Assembly (NCBI GenBank): GCA_964575955.1 | Contig: CAZNTG010000009.1 | Span: 1 to 64,000, forward strand | Direction of reading: 5' to 3' | Source: an uncultured Thermoproteaceae archaeon | Lineage (GTDB): Archaea > Thermoproteota > Thermoprotei > Thermoproteales > Thermocladiaceae | DNA length: 64,000 nucleotides | Part shown: piece by piece, positions 10,213 through 18,775 of the stretch | Layout of the letters: each line of letters opens with the position of its first letter | How positions within the stretch are numbered: position 1 is the stretch's first letter | Program-made: the position numbers and the translations under genes | Notes under the pieces: model-generated | What the model was told of the DNA's origin: nothing | The model's database searches: none | Seen by the model: the letters and a program-made list of their open reading frames with translations, nothing else

Positions 10213-10605
10213 TTATGAGCTTTTTCTTCTCGTAGTTTTAGATTTTCTACCTGTCGTTTTATATTTTGATAAGAGTTCACTTATCTTACTAGTAACATTG
10301 CAGTTATTCAATTTCTCTTTTATGAAGTTTAGTGCTACATCAATAATTGTCTTATCAACATCTTCACTAGATACTGAGATTACATGTACAAGTCTTGGTT
10401 CAGAACCTGTATTTACAATATTAAATTCTTCACCACATTGACTTTTTATGAAGTCTCTCAATTCTTCTAAAAACTTCAACTTGTTACCTACCTGTCTCAT
10501 ATCTATGTTTAATGTAGCTATTACATGCTTAATCTCACTGTCTACACATACTGTGAGTTCTACACCATCTCCAACACTTATAGGAGTGTCACATCTAACA
10601 CTCAC
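10213..10605 (-). CDS. Hypothetical protein with basic C-terminal tail
   Basis: 130-aa ORF from GTG; TATA-like TTTTAATA upstream; no CdhB resemblance. Confidence 0.6.
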   Translation of the reverse strand: MSVRCDTPISVGDGVELTVCVDSEIKHVIATLNIDMRQVGNKLKFLEELRDFIKSQCGEEFNIVNTGSEPRLVHVISVSSEDVDKTIIDVALNFIKEKLNNCNVTSKISELLSKYKTTGRKSKTTRRKSS

Positions 10606-10647
10606 ATAGATGATTATTCTGAAAGTATTAAAATACTAATCTACTAT

Positions 10648-12066
10648 CTAGCCACCTTCAACAATCTTCTTCCAATGCTTCTCTATGAAGTTTGGAAGTT
10701 CTGATGAATCTACAGGACCTACAATAACTTTCCAACCTGTAACTTCCTCAATAGATCCAGCAAGTTTTGCTGCTTTTCCAGGAATTATCAAATATCTATG
10801 CTTAACCTTAGACTCAATACCAGTGGACTTTATCAACTCTGCAATCTTTTCAGGTCTAAACTTGTCAGCAGCAACTGAAACATCTACAGCATATCCTTCA
10901 GTATCTATTACAAGTAGGTAAGCATCAACCTTACCTTTCTCTAAATCTGAAGTCACTATCGAGTATGTTAACGCATAATTACAGGTTACAAGTACTGGAG
11001 ACTTCTCACTAGGCTTACCAATCTCTTTAAGACCTGGCTGTATTGTTGTTGGTCTTCTAGGATCACTATAGTAGTTTTCTCTCAATACGACAACTGGCAA
11101 GTATGTAACTGCTTCAGGACTATACATTATTAGTAGACTAGCATATCTAATAATCATAAGTGCAGCAATGCAAGATTCTAGTACCACCTTTTGAGTATAA
11201 TCACCGTCACAACACCATACTGGTACTGTTGATGTAACAATAGGATATCCAGCAAGTTCATACTCTTCATTACATGCAAGCCATCTCAACAGTGTGCTAG
11301 TCTTAATACTATATCCGAGTTTTGTAGGTATAAGTCCAGGATCTATACATATATCTTCTACACCTCTCTTCTTAACAGCATTCACTAGAGATATTAATGT
11401 TCTCAAATCACCAACATGCATTACTGTGCATGGGCAATCAAACTTTTTAGCTATATCAACCATTATATGCCAATTATCTCTAGTAACTGCATATATTAGC
11501 GGTCTCTCATCTCTCAACAATTCTCCAATCTTCTCATACAACTTGGGATTTAGAGAACATACTATTATTGGCTTATCTATTCTAGATCTTACATACTCAA
11601 AAACTTTTAAAAATCTATCAAAATCTCCTGAAGAAAATTTTATTGCAATTGCATCTAATGTCAATACTTTATCAAGATATTCAAATCTGAACTTCTTAAT
11701 TAGTTCAATTCTAGAATCTATAACCTCCTGACTCATAGAATCTTCAACTAGTACTGCTATGACAGTCTTCCTCATATATGTCAATTCATGTCTATGCATT
11801 ACATATTCACCACCAATCTTTACAGATTTCTCACCTCTACCAATTACTACCTCTCTAACTGAAGGCTTTAATAACCTCTTCAATTCTTCATAATTTTTCC
11901 TATACTTCTCATCTTCAACTAGTGGTCTACATTTCTCAATGCTTGTCTGTAGATTAAGTAGCTTTATTGCAAATGCCATACAACTTTCCTCTCCACAAGC
12001 CTTACAGTTAGTCTTTGGTAATAGTCTATATATCTGTATTGGCGTTAATTTAGTTATCTTAGGCAT
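10648..12066 (-). CDS. cdhE: Acetyl-CoA decarbonylase/synthase gamma subunit (corrinoid Fe-S protein, large)
   Basis: LPKTNCKACGEESCMAFA...C Fe-S motif, GGE.VMHRHEL, YSDPRRP, SPVLVTCNYALTY, GPVDSSELP. Confidence 0.96.
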   Translation of the reverse strand: MPKITKLTPIQIYRLLPKTNCKACGEESCMAFAIKLLNLQTSIEKCRPLVEDEKYRKNYEELKRLLKPSVREVVIGRGEKSVKIGGEYVMHRHELTYMRKTVIAVLVEDSMSQEVIDSRIELIKKFRFEYLDKVLTLDAIAIKFSSGDFDRFLKVFEYVRSRIDKPIIVCSLNPKLYEKIGELLRDERPLIYAVTRDNWHIMVDIAKKFDCPCTVMHVGDLRTLISLVNAVKKRGVEDICIDPGLIPTKLGYSIKTSTLLRWLACNEEYELAGYPIVTSTVPVWCCDGDYTQKVVLESCIAALMIIRYASLLIMYSPEAVTYLPVVVLRENYYSDPRRPTTIQPGLKEIGKPSEKSPVLVTCNYALTYSIVTSDLEKGKVDAYLLVIDTEGYAVDVSVAADKFRPEKIAELIKSTGIESKVKHRYLIIPGKAAKLAGSIEEVTGWKVIVGPVDSSELPNFIEKHWKKIVEGG

Positions 12067-12068
12067 AG

Positions 12069-13397
12069 CTACATCTTCACACTTATAGGCTTACCAATCC
12101 ACTCAAGATATTTTTCATAATCGCCATCACTAACATCAATATTACTCAACTTCTCACAAATATCTTTAACAACCTTCACAGTTAATGGATGTAGTGTAAG
12201 TATTAGATCAATACCAACCATAACTAGAGATAATGCTGTAATTATCTCCCATAGAGGTCCTCTAATCTCTCTAGGACCCCAAAATGGGTCCATCTTCATC
12301 CATGCTTCACGTGCACCCCATGCATTAGATGCTGCACCAATAGCAGGATATTGAAGTTCTGAATCACCTGAAAATGCTGCTAATCTTGCACGTTCCATAG
12401 CTGAGAATGAGTATTCCCAACCATATCCAATACCTGCAGCGTATAGATCTATAGTTATGTCATTTGGAGATAACCAAGTTAATAATTTTCTCGTTAATTG
12501 TCTTGCTTGATCAATATTCATTGTTACTGATGCAACCACAGCATGATTACCCTTCTTAACTACAGGTATGACATCTTCAAGCTTCATATCTAGAGTAACT
12601 GGACTTAGTAGAAGTCTCTCACCTGAAAATCTTTCAGAAATCTCTTTAAATAATTCAGAATCTTTCTTAGGATTACCTGAACCACCAATAAATATTGGAA
12701 CTTTAACAGCCTGTAATACTTCCTCAACTACTTTAACAGCCTCTTTAGGTGATGTATCTCTCAACTTTGGATCAGTACTAATTAGGTGTAGACTAACCAT
12801 ATCAGCATTAAACTTCTCAACACATACTCTAGCCCATTCAGGAGGATTATCTAGAACATCTTCACCAATACTAGACTTGACAGCTCTTGGTAGTGGTATC
12901 TTCATATCAAAAACATCCATAGATATTATAGGTCTATGGAAGGTAGTAGAATTTACATAAAGTTGTGGAGATTCTTGACCACCAAGAACATAAGTTATCT
13001 CTCTAGTACCACCTTCACTTCGTGTTGCACCAATCTTGACAGTGTTTATCTTACCTTTCCATTGAAGTCTTGGTGTTGGAACTTCTACAAGCTCTATCTC
13101 TGGAGCTACCAATCTTGGAACTAGTTCAATAGAAACCTTCTTCTCTTCCTTAACCTCAGGCTTGACCACTATCTCAGTTTCAGGTCTTTTCTCAACAACC
13201 TTCTCTATCTTCTCAACTTTCCTATGAACAATCTTTACAGGTTTTACAACTATCTCAATACTTTCAAGATCAATTTCAACATCTTCAAGTTCAATACTCT
13301 TAACATTATTAAAATCTTCACCAATAAGTTTACATATTAATGATCCTATATTCAATATGTCTAGTATGTTTATTTTAATTCTTCTTCTATCCTCCAT
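12069..13397 (-). CDS. cdhD: Acetyl-CoA decarbonylase/synthase delta subunit (corrinoid Fe-S protein, small)
   Basis: IGATRSEGGTR, DVFDM, LISTDP, IGGSGNPKKD, MERARLAA, NAWGAREAWMK, RGPLWE. Confidence 0.96.
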   Translation of the reverse strand: MEDRRRIKINILDILNIGSLICKLIGEDFNNVKSIELEDVEIDLESIEIVVKPVKIVHRKVEKIEKVVEKRPETEIVVKPEVKEEKKVSIELVPRLVAPEIELVEVPTPRLQWKGKINTVKIGATRSEGGTREITYVLGGQESPQLYVNSTTFHRPIISMDVFDMKIPLPRAVKSSIGEDVLDNPPEWARVCVEKFNADMVSLHLISTDPKLRDTSPKEAVKVVEEVLQAVKVPIFIGGSGNPKKDSELFKEISERFSGERLLLSPVTLDMKLEDVIPVVKKGNHAVVASVTMNIDQARQLTRKLLTWLSPNDITIDLYAAGIGYGWEYSFSAMERARLAAFSGDSELQYPAIGAASNAWGAREAWMKMDPFWGPREIRGPLWEIITALSLVMVGIDLILTLHPLTVKVVKDICEKLSNIDVSDGDYEKYLEWIGKPISVKM

Positions 13398-13412
13398 AAC
13401 TATCCTTCTAGA

Positions 13413-14960
13413 CTACTTTTTCTCACTTTCCTCTTTCTTAATTATTACTTTACCAATTCTTATCTTTACATTCTTCAAAGTTATTGATAGTGGCATTATT
13501 GGTATACCATACTTGAGAAGTTCTGATGTAGGTAACTCTTCAACAACCTTCTCAGCAGGTTTAGCTTCAACAACTCTTTCCTCAACCTTCTTCTCTTCAA
13601 TAACAGGTTTAGCTTCAGGCTTAACCTCTACTTTAGGCTTCTCCTCAACCTTAATCTCAACCTTAGCTTCTGCAGGTTTGACTTCTTGTACAGTTACTGC
13701 CTCAGCCCATAGTTTTGTAATTGGATGTCCAACTTTGATTAGGTATTCTTTTAATTGATCTACTGTTTGAACTTCTTTCTCTGTTGGTATTTTATCTACA
13801 AGTTCTTTAGGTATCCAATCTCTAGCTCTCTCTTTAGTGTGTGAGTCCATCCATACAATTCTACTCCAACCACCCTCTTTCTGTAGAAACTTTCTACTTC
13901 TCAAATATAGAAGTCCTATTCCTACAAATCCACTTACCTGTTTTCCACCACTAATCATGTTTGCTATCTGTATGAAGTTTAGTCCTATTGGTGTATTTCC
14001 TGTGTATTTTCTACTTACAATACCAAATCCATCAACTTCAGGTATGTAGAATACTATCGCTTCAAAACATCCACATGATGTATGTGGATTTTCAAATACA
14101 CTATGAAGCTTTACTGAAGTTACTGCACCTTGAGACTTTACCTTAACAATCTCATTAACACCCTCATACTCACCACCTATAGGATCAATACAATTTCCTT
14201 TCTGTATTGGGAATATTGGACCTTTTGGATCTAGTGTAGCTGCAACTTTAGCATCAATCCAAGTTATAGCTCCACAATTTGCTGGTCTTTCAGGAGTTAT
14301 TACACATACATGTGTTGGTGCAAATGATTGACATAGTACACATCCGTAGAATGTGTCTACATCTTCCTCTCTAATTCCAAGAACTCTCTCATCTCTCTCT
14401 TTGTAAATCTTGATAGCTTCAGCATGAGCTTTTTCAACTTCTTTAGGATCTGTTATAAATGTGACCTGAATCTTTTCAATAATTGGAAAGTCAGCTTTGT
14501 AAAGTCTCATCAAGACCTTACCGATATGTTCAAATCTCAGACCAGCCTTTACAGCTCTCTTACTAATTCTAATCCAAATATCATCACGACTACCAGTATG
14601 CATTACTCCCTGTATCCAGTTCATGTAGTAGTGTAGTTTTCTCTCAAATACACCTTCAGCCTCAGGTTTCAACTCCTTACCATAAGCCTCAACAATTATA
14701 CCTAGAGGTTGATGTGCAGAACCTTCAGGAAATTCATCAATGTCAGGACCTATGAGAACTATCTTACCATCTTCAACATTTTCAGAAACTCTGAAAAGTT
14801 CAAATTTATGTTGAACTTTAACACCACCAAATTCAACATACATATCCTGTTTTCTAATTCTCTCACCTTCATACGATAAACTAACATCAACTGGAATATC
14901 GTTAAATGTTAGTTGTCTCTTAACTGTTAATTCATCTTTAAAGATCTTTACTTGAGACAT
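13413..14960 (-). CDS. cdhC: Acetyl-CoA synthase, ACDS beta subunit
   Basis: YEGERIRK, FYGCVLCQSFAPTHVC, PHTSCGCFE (A-cluster ligands intact), GGWSRIVWM. Confidence 0.97.
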   Translation of the reverse strand: MSQVKIFKDELTVKRQLTFNDIPVDVSLSYEGERIRKQDMYVEFGGVKVQHKFELFRVSENVEDGKIVLIGPDIDEFPEGSAHQPLGIIVEAYGKELKPEAEGVFERKLHYYMNWIQGVMHTGSRDDIWIRISKRAVKAGLRFEHIGKVLMRLYKADFPIIEKIQVTFITDPKEVEKAHAEAIKIYKERDERVLGIREEDVDTFYGCVLCQSFAPTHVCVITPERPANCGAITWIDAKVAATLDPKGPIFPIQKGNCIDPIGGEYEGVNEIVKVKSQGAVTSVKLHSVFENPHTSCGCFEAIVFYIPEVDGFGIVSRKYTGNTPIGLNFIQIANMISGGKQVSGFVGIGLLYLRSRKFLQKEGGWSRIVWMDSHTKERARDWIPKELVDKIPTEKEVQTVDQLKEYLIKVGHPITKLWAEAVTVQEVKPAEAKVEIKVEEKPKVEVKPEAKPVIEEKKVEERVVEAKPAEKVVEELPTSELLKYGIPIMPLSITLKNVKIRIGKVIIKKEESEKK

Positions 14961-15146
14961 TTACAGTCATGTCTATACGTGAGTAGTCTAGTAAAACATT
15001 TTTTATAATTGTTAATTGACAATTAATACAGGAAGTGGAGTAGGTAATATTCCTGTAAATGTTAAATACTACATGTAGTATAGTCTACGTAAACAATTAA
15101 TGAACGGTGGTATTTATACTTTTATAATTGTAAATATTTGAAAAAG

Positions 15147-17447
15147 CTACTTCCTATATTGTGAGTATACTCTCTCAGATATTGTTACATCTGTGCTTAT
15201 GTATTCCCATGGTTTCCAACCAACCTCCTTTAAATACTGCATTACCTCATCCTTGTACGTTATTGGTATATCTGTTTCATCTCTAATGAATAGGTGTAGG
15301 TCTGGTGGTAGTTTTCCATAAAACTTCTTGTAAAGATCTATGTAGTGAGATAGTTTGACAGCTCTACCTTTTGATGTATCTCCAGGTCTTATGCATAGCT
15401 TAACAGCCATTATTAAACATTCTTCAGGTGTCTTAGCTAGATATAGTAAGTGTTGTGGTGCAGGTCCTGTAGGAACTTTCTTACCAGTCTTCATATCAAT
15501 ACCAACAAACTTCTCTACATCAACTCCTTCAAGAGATATTCCAAGTTTTGAACATTGTGGTCCAACTATGATTGGTATTCCAAGTCTTAGAAATCCTACA
15601 GCTATTGAAAGTATTTTATGGGTTGAAGCTCCCCAACCTATACCACATGCGCCAACTCTATTCAATATGTAGTCTGCAATTTCCTCATAATTACCTTTAA
15701 TTTTCCTACCTGCAAAGATGTTTGCAACTCTAATAGCGATTCCAGAGACTTCTGAAAGTGCTGTACATGTACCAATATTTATGATACATCCTCTACCAAG
15801 TTCACCATACTCTTCATATAGTGATAATCCTTCCTCAGTTCTATACTTTCCAACTAGTTGTGAGATACAGCCTGAAGTTATTACTATGAAACCTCTCTTT
15901 AAGAGTTCATGAACTATCTTAACAATATCTTCAACACTCTCTCTAATATTTAAACAACCTACAAACGCTATAACACCAGGAATTTCTCCAAGAACTATAG
16001 GTGCACCTATAGATCTAATTACCTGATCTGATAGTGGTGATGCTCTAGTGCTAATTGATATTTCTATATTTTGCAAATATTTAGAAAATAGTGTTAATAA
16101 TCTAACCTTCTTTGGACATTTATCTTCACATAACCCACACCATACACATCTTTTAACTATATTAACAATAGCTTCCTCATTACCATCTCTAAGCTTCTTA
16201 ATAGCATCTACAATATCTAAATTAAGTGGACAAACTTTAACACATTCACCACAATAATCACAATCTTTAACAATATTTAAAGCATCTAAATTTAGATTCT
16301 TAACAATATTAATAATCTTCTTACCATGAATTTTGAGACATGTTAATACTGCAATTTCAACAGCATTATCAATATTATCAACATACACTATACCACTTTT
16401 TAATAAATTATCAATCTTCTCATTAATATCTTTTCCAGATATATTTTGAGCTAAGAATGTTGTAGAGTCTGATATAGTTATTATAGATATAGAATGTTTA
16501 ATACACTCTTCAACAATTCTACCTGATATACATGTATCATCTATAATAACAACATCAGGTATTCCTAATCTAATTATTGGAATTGCATATATTGGAGAAC
16601 CTAGAAATACTACACCTTCAATATTAGCAACATTACAAGATGCAGCAATAATATTAATAAAATCTCCAGGTTTTCCTAAATTCATTCTTTTTAAAATACT
16701 TAAAACCTTCAATATTGGTATTAAACTTTCACCAACATACAGTATTGTAGGTTTCTCTAACATCTCTAAACTTACCTTAACCTTAACTATCTGAGGTGTC
16801 AATTCTATACCAGAATTCTTCAACATTAATAATTCTAATGTGTCAACAATTTCACAAGATATGTGAGATAGCATTCCAAGATGTAACATTCTTGATGCTA
16901 AGTCTAGAGGATTATATTCTCTAAATACTGTCAAACTATCTTGAATTTTAGAATTTTGATTTAATACATAGTTTAATATCTTTTCAAAATCTTTAATCTT
17001 TTTAGGTATATAACCTGTTATTAATGATATGTTTGGTGTTGATATTGTTATTTCAGGACTTATCTTAACATCATAATCTTCTCCTAAGACTTCTCTAGAT
17101 ATTTTATACATTTTAATTGCACGATTTGTAATATTTGAAAGACCTAAGCTTACTGCTAATGTTAAAATTCTAACATGATTACCATAACTATCAATTCCAC
17201 AGACACCTCTCATCTTAGTTAGATCGCATGGACCATATGTACATAATGCACATTGTGTAAATGTTGGAACTATCTTAGGTAGATAACGTGAAACTAGTAG
17301 TACATCCCAACAACGTAGATCTAGTACATCTGGAGGGTTGAACTCCTCCTTAACAACTTCACCTATACTCACTTCAAATCCCTCAACTTTAATATTTCCC
17401 GTAGAGAGTTCACCAATTTTCAATTTAATATCATCCATATTTGACAC
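15147..17447 (-). CDS. cdhA: CO dehydrogenase, ACDS alpha subunit; divergent, with several cofactor and catalytic residues substituted
   Basis: LCTYGPCDL..RG.CG, two CxxCxxCxxxCP, GAPIVLGEIPGVIAFVGC, EIADYILNRVGACG, KLCIRPGDTSKGR; D-cluster Cys, His-x2-His-x2-His and GHN His are missing. Confidence 0.92.
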   Translation of the reverse strand: MSNMDDIKLKIGELSTGNIKVEGFEVSIGEVVKEEFNPPDVLDLRCWDVLLVSRYLPKIVPTFTQCALCTYGPCDLTKMRGVCGIDSYGNHVRILTLAVSLGLSNITNRAIKMYKISREVLGEDYDVKISPEITISTPNISLITGYIPKKIKDFEKILNYVLNQNSKIQDSLTVFREYNPLDLASRMLHLGMLSHISCEIVDTLELLMLKNSGIELTPQIVKVKVSLEMLEKPTILYVGESLIPILKVLSILKRMNLGKPGDFINIIAASCNVANIEGVVFLGSPIYAIPIIRLGIPDVVIIDDTCISGRIVEECIKHSISIITISDSTTFLAQNISGKDINEKIDNLLKSGIVYVDNIDNAVEIAVLTCLKIHGKKIINIVKNLNLDALNIVKDCDYCGECVKVCPLNLDIVDAIKKLRDGNEEAIVNIVKRCVWCGLCEDKCPKKVRLLTLFSKYLQNIEISISTRASPLSDQVIRSIGAPIVLGEIPGVIAFVGCLNIRESVEDIVKIVHELLKRGFIVITSGCISQLVGKYRTEEGLSLYEEYGELGRGCIINIGTCTALSEVSGIAIRVANIFAGRKIKGNYEEIADYILNRVGACGIGWGASTHKILSIAVGFLRLGIPIIVGPQCSKLGISLEGVDVEKFVGIDMKTGKKVPTGPAPQHLLYLAKTPEECLIMAVKLCIRPGDTSKGRAVKLSHYIDLYKKFYGKLPPDLHLFIRDETDIPITYKDEVMQYLKEVGWKPWEYISTDVTISERVYSQYRK

Positions 17448-17646
17448 CTGTGAAATTTAAAATCTTCCTGATCCTCGAGATATTTTTATTCATGTACATT
17501 ATGCCTATTGGAAACACATTGACAATATTTCAGAGAGTACTTATACATTATCTATCATTTTGCTAATCAATATCTTGACAATATTCAACTATTAAGAACT
17601 ACATTAATCATAGATATGTTATTTATGACGATAAGAAATACTTAAC

Positions 17647-18588
17647 CTATTTACTACTTAATACATCTGATATTAGTATTGAAAATTCTTGTCTATACTT
17701 TAAAGCTTTTTCTGCTTTCTTCTTAGCAACTCTATATATCTTATCTAGGATTTCAGAACTAACATCTGATACATGTAACATACCTTCATTAATAATATTT
17801 TCAAAAATTTCTAAACCTCTATTAGATATTATGAATGTTATATTATGTTTTTCAGGTGTAAACATAGAACCTACGGCAATATCGCAGTAGTTTGGTATAA
17901 GTTCTGGACATTGTTTACAACATTTAGAAACATATTTCTCAAGATCTTTTAAAGGCTTCTCAATTATACCTAAATTTTTAACATATATTCTAAACATGTT
18001 CTTCTTAATCTCCATCCTATATATATCATCAATATTGAAGTTATACTCTCTAGAAATATCTATATACATTTCACGTTTAAAATTATGAGAACATAGTAGA
18101 CCTATCTTCACTATCTCAATCTTATTATTAAGATTATTCTCAAATTTTGATAATGCTCTCAAATGACATGGAAGACCAACTACACATACTTTAGAAAATT
18201 TTAATAATTCTCCAATCTTAGTTAGCAGTGGAGTATAGATATATTTACTACCAGATATTTCAGATATCTCTTCAGATCTTGATATTATTACAGGTATTGG
18301 TGTAAGTTTTTTACCAAGCTTTACTGTAAGTACACAATCAACAATATTCTTCTCAAGTAGATATTTTAATATTGTTGAAACTGTACCACCATCTTGAGAT
18401 ATTTTTAGAATATTATCAAAGTTTGACTTAGTTATATATGCTTTCAATATTTTTGGTATTGGATTTTTATATAGATTCTCATCAATATTCATCTGTGGGC
18501 AAAATTCTAGATTTTTAGTATATGTACATATACCACAATTTGAGCATAAATCTAGCTCAGTCATTTTCTTCCTTTGTTCAACAAACAT
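17647..18588 (-). CDS. FrhB/FdhB-family (F420 hydrogenase/dehydrogenase beta-like) FAD/Fe-S protein
   Basis: CSNCGIC...FCP, SQDGGTVS, SGSKY, VGLPCH, IGLLC, CKQC...DIAVGS. Confidence 0.88.
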   Translation of the reverse strand: MFVEQRKKMTELDLCSNCGICTYTKNLEFCPQMNIDENLYKNPIPKILKAYITKSNFDNILKISQDGGTVSTILKYLLEKNIVDCVLTVKLGKKLTPIPVIISRSEEISEISGSKYIYTPLLTKIGELLKFSKVCVVGLPCHLRALSKFENNLNNKIEIVKIGLLCSHNFKREMYIDISREYNFNIDDIYRMEIKKNMFRIYVKNLGIIEKPLKDLEKYVSKCCKQCPELIPNYCDIAVGSMFTPEKHNITFIISNRGLEIFENIINEGMLHVSDVSSEILDKIYRVAKKKAEKALKYRQEFSILISDVLSSK

Positions 18589-18775
18589 TTACATTTACGA
18601 GAATATGTGAATATTTAACATTTTTTAACTATTGAAAAATATTCTACCTAAACTATCGTAGTACTTGTATGTGTAGTAAGTATTGCATATGTTAGACTTA
18701 AAGTTTTGCAATTATCAAATATTTACTATGATAAAACTTCTAGTTTCAGCTAGGAACTTTCAATGAAGCTGAGAG

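Noticed and set aside
10213-10605. Candidate for the missing cdhB (epsilon subunit)
   Set aside because: No CdhB-like motifs, shorter than expected, and has its own TATA-like box.
13540-13690. Repetitive GGTTTAGCTTC-type sequence
   Set aside because: Encodes the EAKP/EVKP linker of CdhC; no repeat-spacer periodicity, so not a CRISPR array.
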